IMG/VR virus record: IMGVR_UViG_3300006076_000001
Coordinates: 1 to 64,000 of that record
Length of the DNA stretch: 64,000 nt
Direction: 5' to 3' (one strand)
Origin: a virus
Shown here piece by piece: positions 30,982 through 39,647 of this stretch. The position numbers were made by a program, and so were the translations under genes. A model generated the notes under the pieces. It was not told the origin of the DNA. It searched no databases and saw nothing but the letters and a program-made list of their open reading frames with translations. Position 1 is the stretch's first letter; each line of letters begins with the position of its first letter.

Positions 30982-31846
30982 AGCTTAGTTTAATAGCTGC
31001 TACTGCGTGGTCTTGTAAGAAGATTCCAATAGCTTCAAATACACTGAAACCAATAGTTCTATTTGCAGGGTTATCTGCGTTAATGCTTGTTAAGCTAATA
31101 GCTTCTACTAATCTTCCTACATATTCAGGCTCTGCTGTTACGAAAATGTAATTAGTTGGAACTGCTCTACTTACATTAACTTTAGCACCTAATACTGTTC
31201 CAACTACACCCGCTTGCACGATTTCACTCACAGTAACTGGTTCAAATAAGTCTTTTAGCACTTTTCTTAGAGTAGTTAATTGTGCTCCATTAATAAACAT
31301 ATTAACTACTTTATTTCCTCCGTGTCTTTCTACAAGGCTAAATAAGTCACTAATATGGTCTAAAGAAATTGTGTTGCTTTTTACTGGCATTACAGGGTTT
31401 GTAGCATTATTTGCTTCAACCGCTTTTTTCATCATACCAAAAATTCTTTTATCTTCTGCTAAGAAAATATCTTGTCTTGTTCTTTGTTTTACCCTGCTTT
31501 CAAGGTCGTATCTTTTTTGTTGAACTTCAGTGTATGGGATTTCAACTAAAGTTGCGATTTCAAAAGTTGGTACGAATACTCTATCTACACCTGTTAAAAT
31601 TTGTTTTACGCTTTCACCATCTTCTGCAATAACAAGAGCATTTGTATCAATATCTTTATCATAATATGGTAGTTCTCCCTTTCCAAGTGGGTCTACTACA
31701 AATGTTCTTCTACCTACAGCTTCATAATCTCTAAATTGTTTTAGCGGAGCATTCATTTCAGCCGCTAAAAGTTTTCTACCCTCTGCACTTCTTAATAGAG
31801 AAGCGATTCTAGCTTTTCTTTGTTCTGCTGTTAATGTTTTTGGCAT
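30980..31846 (-). CDS. Major capsid protein (HK97 fold)
   Basis: GRKLLA.M..PL...DY..VGRR.F.VD.L..G.LP.YDKD; EDKRIF; GTVLGAKVNVS..VP; follows the scaffold and decoration genes. Confidence 0.8.
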   Translation of the reverse strand: MPKTLTAEQRKARIASLLRSAEGRKLLAAEMNAPLKQFRDYEAVGRRTFVVDPLGKGELPYYDKDIDTNALVIAEDGESVKQILTGVDRVFVPTFEIATLVEIPYTEVQQKRYDLESRVKQRTRQDIFLAEDKRIFGMMKKAVEANNATNPVMPVKSNTISLDHISDLFSLVERHGGNKVVNMFINGAQLTTLRKVLKDLFEPVTVSEIVQAGVVGTVLGAKVNVSRAVPTNYIFVTAEPEYVGRLVEAISLTSINADNPANRTIGFSVFEAIGIFLQDHAVAAIKLS

Positions 31847-31857
31847 CTCTCAACTCC

Positions 31858-32316
31858 TTATATAAAGAATCTAATTTTTACTGTTTTGTCAGTAGCACTA
31901 TTAGCACTTCTTGCTACCGCAACCGCAACTGAATTATTAGATGGTTTATTTTTAGTTAAAAGACCTTTATTATTATCTTTACCAATGTAAAGTAGGTCTC
32001 CAGCTTTAATATCAGTTTCAACTACTTGGTCTGTTTCTGCAACACCACCACCCATTACAATAGCTAATTTACCAGTAGCTACTGATGCTTGGTTAGTTCC
32101 ATATTGAGATACTGCATCGTGAACGATGAAACCTGCATCTACATCTCCGTCTTCAGCTAATTCAACATAACCATTTTTTACAGTTGCAACTCTACCTGAA
32201 ACCAAACTTCTTAGATAATCAGATTGTAAATCTGTATTTAAATCACCAGTTAATTTAGCTGGGTTAAGTTCATTGCTTCCGTCAATTGCCCCAAATATAT
32301 ATGCTAACTTTAACAT
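31858..32316 (-). CDS. Capsid decoration/cement protein
   Basis: ATGKLAI..GGG..ETD, IKAGDLLY...GLLT pattern; located between scaffold and MCP. Confidence 0.65.
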   Translation of the reverse strand: MLKLAYIFGAIDGSNELNPAKLTGDLNTDLQSDYLRSLVSGRVATVKNGYVELAEDGDVDAGFIVHDAVSQYGTNQASVATGKLAIVMGGGVAETDQVVETDIKAGDLLYIGKDNNKGLLTKNKPSNNSVAVAVARSANSATDKTVKIRFFI

Positions 32317-33056
32317 TATTTACCTCCTCCTATGAAATCGAATAATCCAGTTACACCACTTGTAGGCATTTTTTTATTAACTACTTTTTTAGCAACTGCT
32401 GGTTTTCTTTTAGTTGCTTTTGGTTTTTTTGATGCTGTAACTGCTGGTTGAGCTTCTTCATCTTCTTGGTCGTCTTCTTCGTCACCCTCTTCTTCAACCA
32501 TTACATCATCACCATTGCCAAATAAATCTTCTGCGTCCTCGTGGTCTCCCTCAAAGTCTTCTGGAAGTTCTCCGTGACCCTCATCTACATCTGCTACACC
32601 ATCATTATCTTGGTCGTCTTCATCTGCATCTTCAACCATTACATCATCATTTTCATCATCTGCTGGTTGAGTTTCTTCATCACCACCTAATTCTTGAAGC
32701 ACATCATCAACTGTAACCTCTTCCCCGTCATCTTCTGCATCTTCTTCTGAAGTTTTACATTTAGCAATTGCTGATTTTAGTAAATCAACTTTTGTAGCAA
32801 GGATTGCTGTATCTTCAAGTAAATCTGCTGTTCCTTTATCTAAACTTGATAAAGCTTCAACTGTAGCAACTTTGTCTTTCACATTTGCATAAAGTCTTTG
32901 TAAGTCTGTAGCCATTTTATCTAATTCAGCTGAAATTTTTTTGTGGTCTTTTGCCACTTTTGCCACTGCTAACACTCTATCTAATTTTTTATCCATAGCT
33001 GTTAAAGCTTTTTGAGCTTTAGCCACTGTCCTTTTGGCAATCAATGGTTTTGGCAT
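32316..33056 (-). CDS. Putative prohead scaffold protein
   Basis: Helical N-terminus, very acidic middle, basic C-terminus; upstream of MCP. Confidence 0.6.
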   Translation of the reverse strand: MPKPLIAKRTVAKAQKALTAMDKKLDRVLAVAKVAKDHKKISAELDKMATDLQRLYANVKDKVATVEALSSLDKGTADLLEDTAILATKVDLLKSAIAKCKTSEEDAEDDGEEVTVDDVLQELGGDEETQPADDENDDVMVEDADEDDQDNDGVADVDEGHGELPEDFEGDHEDAEDLFGNGDDVMVEEEGDEEDDQEDEEAQPAVTASKKPKATKRKPAVAKKVVNKKMPTSGVTGLFDFIGGGK

Positions 33057-33082
33057 TTTGATTACTCCTTTACTAAATTTTG

Positions 33083-33110
33083 AATTTACATAACATATTG
33101 ATTTAAAACT
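33083..33110 (-). promoter_or_regulatory. Putative late promoter, AGTTTT-N11-TTATGTAAATT (copy 2)
   Basis: Matches 19270-19297; both copies lie 23-27 nt upstream of structural operons. Confidence 0.55.
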
Positions 33111-33156
33111 TAAAAAAGAAAGTTGTAGATTATTGGAAAAATAAGGAGGGACTGGC

Positions 33157-33771
33157 TCAGAGAGGGTTTATGTCTATTAACTCTCTCTTAAACCTACTTT
33201 TATCTGGTAAAACCAAAATTAATGTGTCTTTTCCTTTCTCTAAGGATTGTAATTTAGGTAATAATTTTATAAACTCATCATAAGAATTAATAATTATTTC
33301 TTTTGTAATAGGCTTGGTTTGTTGATGTGTTTCTTCTTTATCTATATCAGAAGATATGTCTTCTTGTGTTTTTTCTTTGTCTTCCTTGCATTCTGTAGCA
33401 TTATTAGCTATATTAGTAGCTGGATTATCTTTATGTGGCTCTTCTTGATTTTCTTTAAACCCATTTTCTAATAATTGCCACTTCATAATCTCCAAATGAT
33501 AAGTGTATGGATTTAAAGATGATGTAGCGGTGTAACTACCCCATTTATCATACTCCACATCAAATTTAAAAGTGATATACGGATAGCCAACTTGGTTAAA
33601 CACTTTTTGTAATTCAATAATTCTAACCATTTGTAAAGCTAAAGGTTGATGTAAAAATCTATCCATTATATTCACGATTTCATCGTGCACCGAAAAATTA
33701 TTAATAAATAAGTCCTGATGTAAATTTAACATAACCTCTTTCATTGTTTTATCTAACTTAATCAATGGCAT
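33157..33771 (-). CDS. Split family A DNA polymerase fragment carrying motif C
   Basis: NNFSVHDEIV (VHDE at 33679-33690), then FKFDVEY..WG resembling the PolA C-terminal 'LxVDxxxGxxW'; own RBS (AAGGAG); adjacent to the motif B fragment. Confidence 0.78.
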   Translation of the reverse strand: MPLIKLDKTMKEVMLNLHQDLFINNFSVHDEIVNIMDRFLHQPLALQMVRIIELQKVFNQVGYPYITFKFDVEYDKWGSYTATSSLNPYTYHLEIMKWQLLENGFKENQEEPHKDNPATNIANNATECKEDKEKTQEDISSDIDKEETHQQTKPITKEIIINSYDEFIKLLPKLQSLEKGKDTLILVLPDKSRFKRELIDINPL

Positions 33772-33818
33772 TTTATTGTCTCCTTAATAATTTTTTTTCT
33801 ATTTCTTTGATTGTCATC

Positions 33819-34649
33819 TTAAAAAATCTTTTCTAAGTTCCATTTTTCTATAAAATCGACTGGGAATGATACCAATCTATCTAATTCTAAAATTACTTGT
33901 TCTCCGTCATAAACAATAAATTTATGTGAGCCATCTGGTAAAGCATCTAACTCTTTTTCTAACTGCTCTTTGTCTATCTTATCAAATTTATCTTTAGATA
34001 GACCTATTATTCTTGTGTATGGTTTATAGGTATGTTTTAAGTCCCCAAACATTCTATTTAGTCTATTTTTTTCAATCCACTTATTTATAGCCGTAATGAT
34101 GAGAATCAATTGGATAGCTGATGCACTCTGAATTGGAAAGTTCATCGCTAATCTCTCAGCTTGGGATTTAAGAGACCAATATTTCTTTCTAAGTTTTGGG
34201 TCGGCTTTTTCCTCTGGAGTAATTTTTCTTGTAGCCATAGGTAAATATCTTTTTGAGCCAAAAATGTTATCTGTGTACCCCTCAGTTTTTACTCTTTCTT
34301 TTTGAAATTTATGTAATACTTTAAGTCTTGATAGATTAGAATAAAATCTATTAATAATTTCATTTGCTTCCTCTTTTGATATACCTACTTTTTGAGAGAC
34401 TGTGTATTCAGTTCCACCATATAATAAAGCTAACCCGACTGTTTTAGCAATAGCCCTCATTTCATTTTTGAATTTATGATATGCCTCTTTATTACCAGTT
34501 GCTTCATACTCCCTAACCAATTTATCAAACTCTTCTCCATAAATGGATAAAGCATTGGCACTATGGAAGTCTCCTATATAAGTTTTTGGAGTATCATCTT
34601 TATAATCTTTTAATTCCTCAAAAATCTTACTTAACTTAGCTTTATCCAT
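33819..34649 (-). CDS. Split family A DNA polymerase fragment carrying the fingers/motif B
   Basis: GDFHSANA, RAIAKTVGLALLYGG, GISKEEA, GYTDNIFGSKRYL, AERLAMNFPIQSASA. Confidence 0.9.
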   Translation of the reverse strand: MDKAKLSKIFEELKDYKDDTPKTYIGDFHSANALSIYGEEFDKLVREYEATGNKEAYHKFKNEMRAIAKTVGLALLYGGTEYTVSQKVGISKEEANEIINRFYSNLSRLKVLHKFQKERVKTEGYTDNIFGSKRYLPMATRKITPEEKADPKLRKKYWSLKSQAERLAMNFPIQSASAIQLILIITAINKWIEKNRLNRMFGDLKHTYKPYTRIIGLSKDKFDKIDKEQLEKELDALPDGSHKFIVYDGEQVILELDRLVSFPVDFIEKWNLEKIF

Positions 34650-35039
34650 TATTTGCTCCTTTTACTCCTACATTTGTAATTTTATTTATCTCCCACATTT
34701 TATTTTCCGAATGAAAAGTAAATACATAGTTAATGTCTCTATCAAAGAAATATTGTTTATCTCTATCACAAACTGGTATTTTTTCTGGATTTAGATTTAA
34801 GAAAGAATACAAAGTGTAAATGTTAAGTGGGGTTATTTTTAACCCTCTTGTATCTTCATTAAATGAGACCTCAAAATCTAAATGACTTTTATCATACCCT
34901 AAATCTAAACATACAGATAATAAATCAGAGTGTATTTGATGTATTAAAAAATTAGTATAAATGGCACATTCATACTTATTTAACACTTTCTGAATCTCTA
35001 ACCTTAACTGAAATTTAGTTTTATCCATTATTTGCTCCT
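34641..35039. repeat. 20-bp direct repeat (34641-34660 and 35020-35039) bracketing a 128-aa ORF
   Basis: TTTATCCATTATTTGCTCCT twice; on the minus strand this is RBS + start + overlapping stop (AGGAGCAAATAATGGATAAA). Confidence 0.85.
34642..35028 (-). CDS. Hypothetical protein
   Basis: ORF with RBS, translationally coupled on both sides. Confidence 0.6.
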   Translation of the reverse strand: MDKTKFQLRLEIQKVLNKYECAIYTNFLIHQIHSDLLSVCLDLGYDKSHLDFEVSFNEDTRGLKITPLNIYTLYSFLNLNPEKIPVCDRDKQYFFDRDINYVFTFHSENKMWEINKITNVGVKGANNG

Positions 35040-36352
35040 ATTTCTGATTTCACTAAATCAATAATTGTTTTCTTTATTTCCTCATCAGTCTTATAATATG
35101 GTATTCTAATTAATTTAATTTTGTTATCTTTTGCAAAAGTATCTTTAATTTTATCTCTTTGTTTAATTTTTTCAAATCCTATTTTTCCACCCCAATTATC
35201 AACTGGCTCAAAATGTTGTTTTCCGTCATACTCAATAAAGGTGTTATAATCTGGAAGATAGAAATCAAAATAATAATTTGAATCATTAATTTTAACTCTG
35301 TATTGATGAATATAATTAACACCTAATTCATCTAAAATTGATTGAATAAATAACTCTCCTTTTGAAGTATTACATTTAGGACAGCCGTGATTGTTTAAAT
35401 GATTGTCTATCCTTTGATAAAACAATTCGTGTTGAGGACAAACAATTGGGATTTTTTGTTTATTATTTTGATAATTACTCTGCCACCAATCCAATGATGG
35501 ATAGGTATATCTATCTCCGTGAGTTTGGATAGCACTCTTAATAAAGTCTTGATATGATAATCTATGATTGTTTTCCAGCTTTTCTCTACCACATTTGAGA
35601 CAACCTCTACCCTGTAAATGACTTTCTACACTTTGATAAAATAAGCCGTGAATGGGACAGATAATAGGTATTTGGGTAGAGTTATTTTTGTAATTTTCTT
35701 GCCACCAATTAGCATCAATTGGGTAGATATAAAAATCATTATGGATTTTAGTGGCTTTATTAATAAACTCTTCATAAGATAATCGTTTAAAATCTTCTGA
35801 TTTCTTTCTCCCACATTTGGGACAACCTCTACCCTGTAAATGTTTAGCTATTTTTTGTTTAAATTCTCCGTGAATAGAACAAACAATTGGAATATAAGTT
35901 GATTGTAAAGTTTTGTAGTTTTCTTGCCACCAATTTTCATCAAAAGGATAGATGTATTTATTATTGTGAATCTTATTTGTTCTATCTATAAACTCTTTAT
36001 AAGACATTTTTAAAGTGTTTTTACCACATTTAGGACAGCCATATAATTGATGGTTAGTAACACTTTGATAAAATAAGCCGTGAGTAGGACAAACAATTGG
36101 GACTTTAGTGTTTTTATCTTTATAATTGGAAATAAACCAATCCAATGTAAATTGAGAATAGTTGTATCTATTTTTATGAACTTTTCTAAATTTCTCTAAA
36201 ATCAAATGGTATTGAAACTCTTTTGGTAATTTAGAAATGGTTGATGATTTTATTGATTTTAAATCATTAAAAGAGAGGTTTTGGAGAAGTCCTCTCCACT
36301 TATCTAAATTAGATAAGTTGTCTGTAAGTTGTTTAATTTCTTTCAAATTCAT
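35021..36352 (-). CDS. Putative homing endonuclease: 4 zinc repeats + DUF559/Vsr-like domain
   Basis: Four CPxHG..Q....H..GCxxC repeats; SKGE, YYFDFYLPDYN, IEYDGKQHF. Confidence 0.8.
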   Translation of the reverse strand: MNLKEIKQLTDNLSNLDKWRGLLQNLSFNDLKSIKSSTISKLPKEFQYHLILEKFRKVHKNRYNYSQFTLDWFISNYKDKNTKVPIVCPTHGLFYQSVTNHQLYGCPKCGKNTLKMSYKEFIDRTNKIHNNKYIYPFDENWWQENYKTLQSTYIPIVCSIHGEFKQKIAKHLQGRGCPKCGRKKSEDFKRLSYEEFINKATKIHNDFYIYPIDANWWQENYKNNSTQIPIICPIHGLFYQSVESHLQGRGCLKCGREKLENNHRLSYQDFIKSAIQTHGDRYTYPSLDWWQSNYQNNKQKIPIVCPQHELFYQRIDNHLNNHGCPKCNTSKGELFIQSILDELGVNYIHQYRVKINDSNYYFDFYLPDYNTFIEYDGKQHFEPVDNWGGKIGFEKIKQRDKIKDTFAKDNKIKLIRIPYYKTDEEIKKTIIDLVKSEIGANNG

Positions 36353-36362
36353 TTAAACTCTT

Positions 36363-37439
36363 TTAATCAAAGAGGTCATCTACATCTACTGCTTTTTTAT
36401 TTCCAGTGCTTCTTTCGAAAGAATAATCAGTTACTGTATTAGTAAATGGGTTTGTATCTCTAACTTTCATTGATGATGAATCTTCTGCTTCAAATCTATC
36501 ATCATATCTTTTGTAAGGGTTTTCTGTGTAAGAACTATAAGGGTTATTTGAAATACCTATCTCTCTAAGTCTTTTATTAGCTAAAAATCTTGTATATTTT
36601 TCTATGATTGCATCAGAGAAACCTACAATTGGAGCAAGAATATCTTTACTAAATTGTTCTTCTAATTCTACTCCTTTTCTCATTTCTTCAATAACCATTT
36701 CCTCATCAAAGAAATCTGGGTATATTGCTCTTATCTCTTTAATTAAGTTTCTATATAGGATTAGATGTGAAACTTCGTCTCTATTGATTAAGTAAATCAT
36801 ATCTGCGGTAGACCTCATTAGTCCTTTCTCAGCAAGAATGTAAAAGAACTTAAATCCATTATAAAAATAAAGTCCCTCTAAAATATAATCACCAATAATA
36901 GCTCTAGCAAAAGTTCTATCAGTAGGGTTATCTGCGAAATCCTGATAAATTTGAGCTATATATCCATTTCTTTCTTTAAGTAATTCGTGAGTTCTCCAAA
37001 AGTCATAGATTTGTTTCTTCTCCTCTGGAGTAGGTATTACAGTCTCAATACAAGTAGAATAAGCCTGAGAATGTATGTCTTCTTGAAAAGCTTGGAAAAC
37101 TAATAAAGATGTTACATCTGGAGCTGTGATGTATGAAGCAAACTGAAATGGATTGATTGTTTGAATTGAATCTAAAAACACTAAAAATGACAGAATACCA
37201 TTATATCCTCTTTGAACTTCTGGTAATAAGTTAGGATATTGTCTAGCATCTTCATAGAACTCTATATCCTCTGGAAACCAAATGTCCTTTCTCATTTTAG
37301 TTCTTAAATCTTGATACCATTTTTTATTTGCATATTTACCAAAGTTATGAGTAGCCAATCCAGTTGTATTAGCACCAATAATATCATTTTTAAATGAATC
37401 TCCCTCTGGATTCCATAGTCTTCTTTTTTTAATCCTCAT
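36363..37439 (-). CDS. nrdB: Ribonucleotide reductase class Ia beta subunit (own RBS and start, but in frame with the upstream endonuclease)
   Basis: MRIKKRRLWNPEGD; WFPEDI, FLDSIQ, QEDIHSQAYS, LEGLYFYNGF, INRDEVSH; AAGGAG upstream of ATG 37439. Confidence 0.92.
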   Translation of the reverse strand: MRIKKRRLWNPEGDSFKNDIIGANTTGLATHNFGKYANKKWYQDLRTKMRKDIWFPEDIEFYEDARQYPNLLPEVQRGYNGILSFLVFLDSIQTINPFQFASYITAPDVTSLLVFQAFQEDIHSQAYSTCIETVIPTPEEKKQIYDFWRTHELLKERNGYIAQIYQDFADNPTDRTFARAIIGDYILEGLYFYNGFKFFYILAEKGLMRSTADMIYLINRDEVSHLILYRNLIKEIRAIYPDFFDEEMVIEEMRKGVELEEQFSKDILAPIVGFSDAIIEKYTRFLANKRLREIGISNNPYSSYTENPYKRYDDRFEAEDSSSMKVRDTNPFTNTVTDYSFERSTGNKKAVDVDDLFD

Positions 37440-38543
37440 AGCTCTATCTCCTTTCATCTTAATTAAATTTTTAATAGTGTGTTCCACTTCTTCATCAGTT
37501 TTATAATATGGTATTCTAACCAATTTAATTTGGTTGTTTTTTGCAAAATCATTTTTAATTTTATCCCTCTGTTTTACCTTTTCAAACCCTACCCTACCAC
37601 CCCAACCCTTAATTGGTTTAAAGTGCTGTTCTCCGTCATACTCAATAAAAATGTTATAGTCTGGAAGATAAAAGTCAAAATAATAATTTGAATCATTAAT
37701 TTTAACTCTATATTGATAGATATAATTAACATCTAAATCGTCTAAAATTGATTTTATTTTGAGTTCTCCCTTAGACGATTTACAAACAGGACAGCCGTGA
37801 TTGTTTAAATGATTATTAACTGATTGATAAAATAGACCGTGAATAGGACAAATAATTGGGACTTTGGTGTTATCTTTTCCTTTATAATTTTCTCGCCACC
37901 AGTTATTATCAAAAGGGTACTGATAGTAACTATTATGGATTTTAGTAGCTTTATCAATAAACCCTTTATAAGACAATTTTTGATTATCAGTTGAACTCTT
38001 TTTTCCACACTTAGGACAGCCGTGATTATTTAAATGGTCGCCTACTCTCTGATAAAACAAACTATGAATAGGGCAAATAATAGGGGCTTTGGTATGTCTG
38101 TTTTTATAATTTTTATTCCACCAATTCTCATTAAATGGATACTGATATCTACCATTATGAATCTGAATAGCTTTTCTAATAAAATCTTGATAGGATAATT
38201 TTTTATTTCCAATACATTTAGAACAATTTTGCCCTCTCAAATGTCTATCTATCCTTTGATAAAACAATCCGTGTTGAGGACAAATGATTGGAACTTTTTG
38301 TTTGTTATTTTGATAATTATCTATAAACCAATTTAAGGTAAATTTAGAATAATCATATCTATTTCCGTGAATCTTTCTAAACTTCTCTTTAACCAAATAA
38401 TATTGGAACTCTTTTGGCAACTTGGAGATGGTTGTTGGTTTTATTAGTTTTAATTCCTCAAGAGAGGAATTTTTAATAAACCCTTTCCATTTGTATAAAC
38501 TTTTGAAGTTGTCTGTAAGTTGTTTAATTTCTTTCAAATTCAC
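37440..38543 (-). CDS. Putative homing endonuclease (3 zinc repeats + DUF559/Vsr-like domain) with no stop codon, reading into nrdB
   Basis: First 368 codons of ORF 36363-38543; close paralog of 35021-36352. Confidence 0.8.
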
Positions 38544-38556
38544 TAAATCCCCTATT

Positions 38557-39018
38557 TTAATTTATTTCCCCGTCATCATCTATAATGACATACTTTTTAT
38601 TTCCAAAAAGGTTAGTATCCTCATCTTTTGATTTAGGTTTAGCTGGAGCAACTTTTAATTGTTCTTTCTTTTTTATATAAGTTTTAAGTAGAACACAATA
38701 CCCTACTAAATCATTTATCGTATCTACTATCGTCTCATCGCTAACATTTATCTCTTCGCTTTTTGTTATAGATGCAAGTCTGGATAGTTTATCACCCATT
38801 CTACTAATAATAACTGATTCAACTGGAATGTCTAATAAGTCTGCAGATAGTTTAAAGTTTTTAAAAGTGTCTTCTTTACCAGAATAATCTCTACCTTTTC
38901 TAACCAAAGTGTCCTTTAATTCAGAAAATGTTTTGTCTAATGTTTCAATCACTTCTTCTTGTGTAGCAAATACATTGTGATGAATTTTTCTTCTTTTCAT
39001 TTGTTTTTCTCCTTTCAT
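38557..39018 (-). CDS. DUF1599 / nucleotide-modification-associated (MazG-like helical) protein
   Basis: KGRDYSG..TFKNF...RMGDKLSRL...DETIVDTINDLVGY. Confidence 0.7.
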   Translation of the reverse strand: MKGEKQMKRRKIHHNVFATQEEVIETLDKTFSELKDTLVRKGRDYSGKEDTFKNFKLSADLLDIPVESVIISRMGDKLSRLASITKSEEINVSDETIVDTINDLVGYCVLLKTYIKKKEQLKVAPAKPKSKDEDTNLFGNKKYVIIDDDGEIN

Positions 39019-39059
39019 TATTTATGCCTTGTTTTTATAAGGTTATTTAGATTTTATGA

Positions 39060-39647
39060 TTAATTTCCTCTGTATTCTTCCCACTGATTGAGGGTAAAAT
39101 CAAATTTATATCTAATTGGTTTTAATCGGTCTAAAAACATCATAATAGGCTTAACCTCTCTACCCTTCATTTCTAATAAAAGCTGATAATCATCAATTTG
39201 AGATGGGACTGAAAGATAATATTGAACCACCTCTGTTTTAGACTCTTTTAATGGAAAATGCTTACTTTTTAAAATCATTAAATTAACATTAAATTGTTTT
39301 TCAAATTGTTTAATTAACCTTTTTGCTATTGAAGAAAGCTCTTTTTTATTATCAATCTCAATAGTGTAATTACCTTTAACAAAAGTAATTTTAGAATCTG
39401 ATTTGTCGTCCATTTTAAAGTTTTGCTCTTCTATCCATTTTATCCATTCATCTAACTTTCCCCCACAAAATTTATATCTGTATTCTACATTGCCACCCTC
39501 TTTACCAAAGACAAACCACCATTTATATTGGTCTGCCTTTTCCAAATATACAAATGGGTCGGTAATTGATTCAAATAATTGAACTGCTCTTTCTTTACAA
39601 CAAGGGTACTGAATAATTTTATCCATTAATGTCTCCTTTATCTTCAA
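39060..39647 (-). CDS. Hypothetical protein (likely start MDKII at 39626)
   Basis: ORF coupled to the thyX stop. Confidence 0.55.
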   Translation of the reverse strand: MKIKETLMDKIIQYPCCKERAVQLFESITDPFVYLEKADQYKWWFVFGKEGGNVEYRYKFCGGKLDEWIKWIEEQNFKMDDKSDSKITFVKGNYTIEIDNKKELSSIAKRLIKQFEKQFNVNLMILKSKHFPLKESKTEVVQYYLSVPSQIDDYQLLLEMKGREVKPIMMFLDRLKPIRYKFDFTLNQWEEYRGN

